Shown here: piece by piece, positions 38,869 to 39,007 of the stretch
How the letters are laid out: each line of letters starts with the position of its first letter
Position numbering within the stretch: the first letter of the stretch is position 1
DNA from: Sanchytrium tribonematis
Taxonomy: Eukaryota
Direction of reading: 5' to 3'
Assembly (NCBI GenBank): GCA_018985235.1
Contig: JADGIG010000026.1
Coordinates: 1 to 39,007, forward strand
DNA length: 39,007 nt
Position numbers and translations under genes: made by a program
The notes under the pieces: generated by a model
Seen by the model: the letters and a program-made list of their open reading frames with translations, nothing else
Told to the model about the DNA's origin: nothing
The model's database searches: none

Positions 38869-39007
38869 ATGTTACTCAAATTTACTCCAGCTGCTTTGAA
38901 GCATATATCAAATACTTTACCACAAAATAAAGCACTAAAGCTCAGTATCATAAGGAAGGGATGTAGTGGCCATATGTATAACATTCAACATATCCCGAAA
39001 AACGAGA
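38869..39007 (+). CDS. ISA1: A-type Fe-S carrier Isa1/IscA, 5' fragment (not in ORF track)
   Basis: MLLKFTPAALKHISNTLPQNKALKLSIIRKGCSGHMYNI; T..A and GCxG.xY motifs; runs off the window. Confidence 0.75.
   Translation, partial: MLLKFTPAALKHISNTLPQNKALKLSIIRKGCSGHMYNIQHIPKNE

Noticed and set aside
1..39007. Prokaryotic or viral origin, CRISPR arrays, transposons, rRNA/tRNA
   Set aside because: Gene set and introns are eukaryotic; no repeat arrays, transposase/RT motifs or tRNA/rRNA signatures seen.

Overview
AT-rich, extremely gene-dense eukaryotic nuclear DNA with about 33 protein-coding genes in 39 kb and many intergenic gaps under 50 bp. No rRNA, tRNA, transposon or CRISPR was recognised. 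Gene content points to an early-diverging zoosporic fungus with a reduced genome: fungal-type Byr4, Tea4/Bud14 and PacC-like genes, ciliary RIB43A and a very divergent IFT121, cobalamin-trafficking CblD, and a rhodopsin-guanylyl cyclase fusion (CyclOp/RhoGC). A sanchytrid- or Blastocladiomycota-related organism is plausible, but that is inference. The main discovery is that every broken reading frame is repaired by a GT-AG intron of exactly 19 nt (10 of 10, in 8 genes). These introns share the pattern GTA-N8-T-H-A-Y-N-H-AG with a putative branch A at position 14, suggesting a fixed-length, ultra-short splicing system. Stop codons are often embedded in AATAAA, and three convergent gene pairs meet at the same palindrome, AATAAATTTATT. 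Other highlights are an intact light-gated guanylyl cyclase, a nearby orphan 7TM protein, a hidden tail-anchor exon on an AIF-like oxidoreductase, and a candidate structured RNA at about 24163-24283. All family calls come from motif recognition by eye, not database searches.
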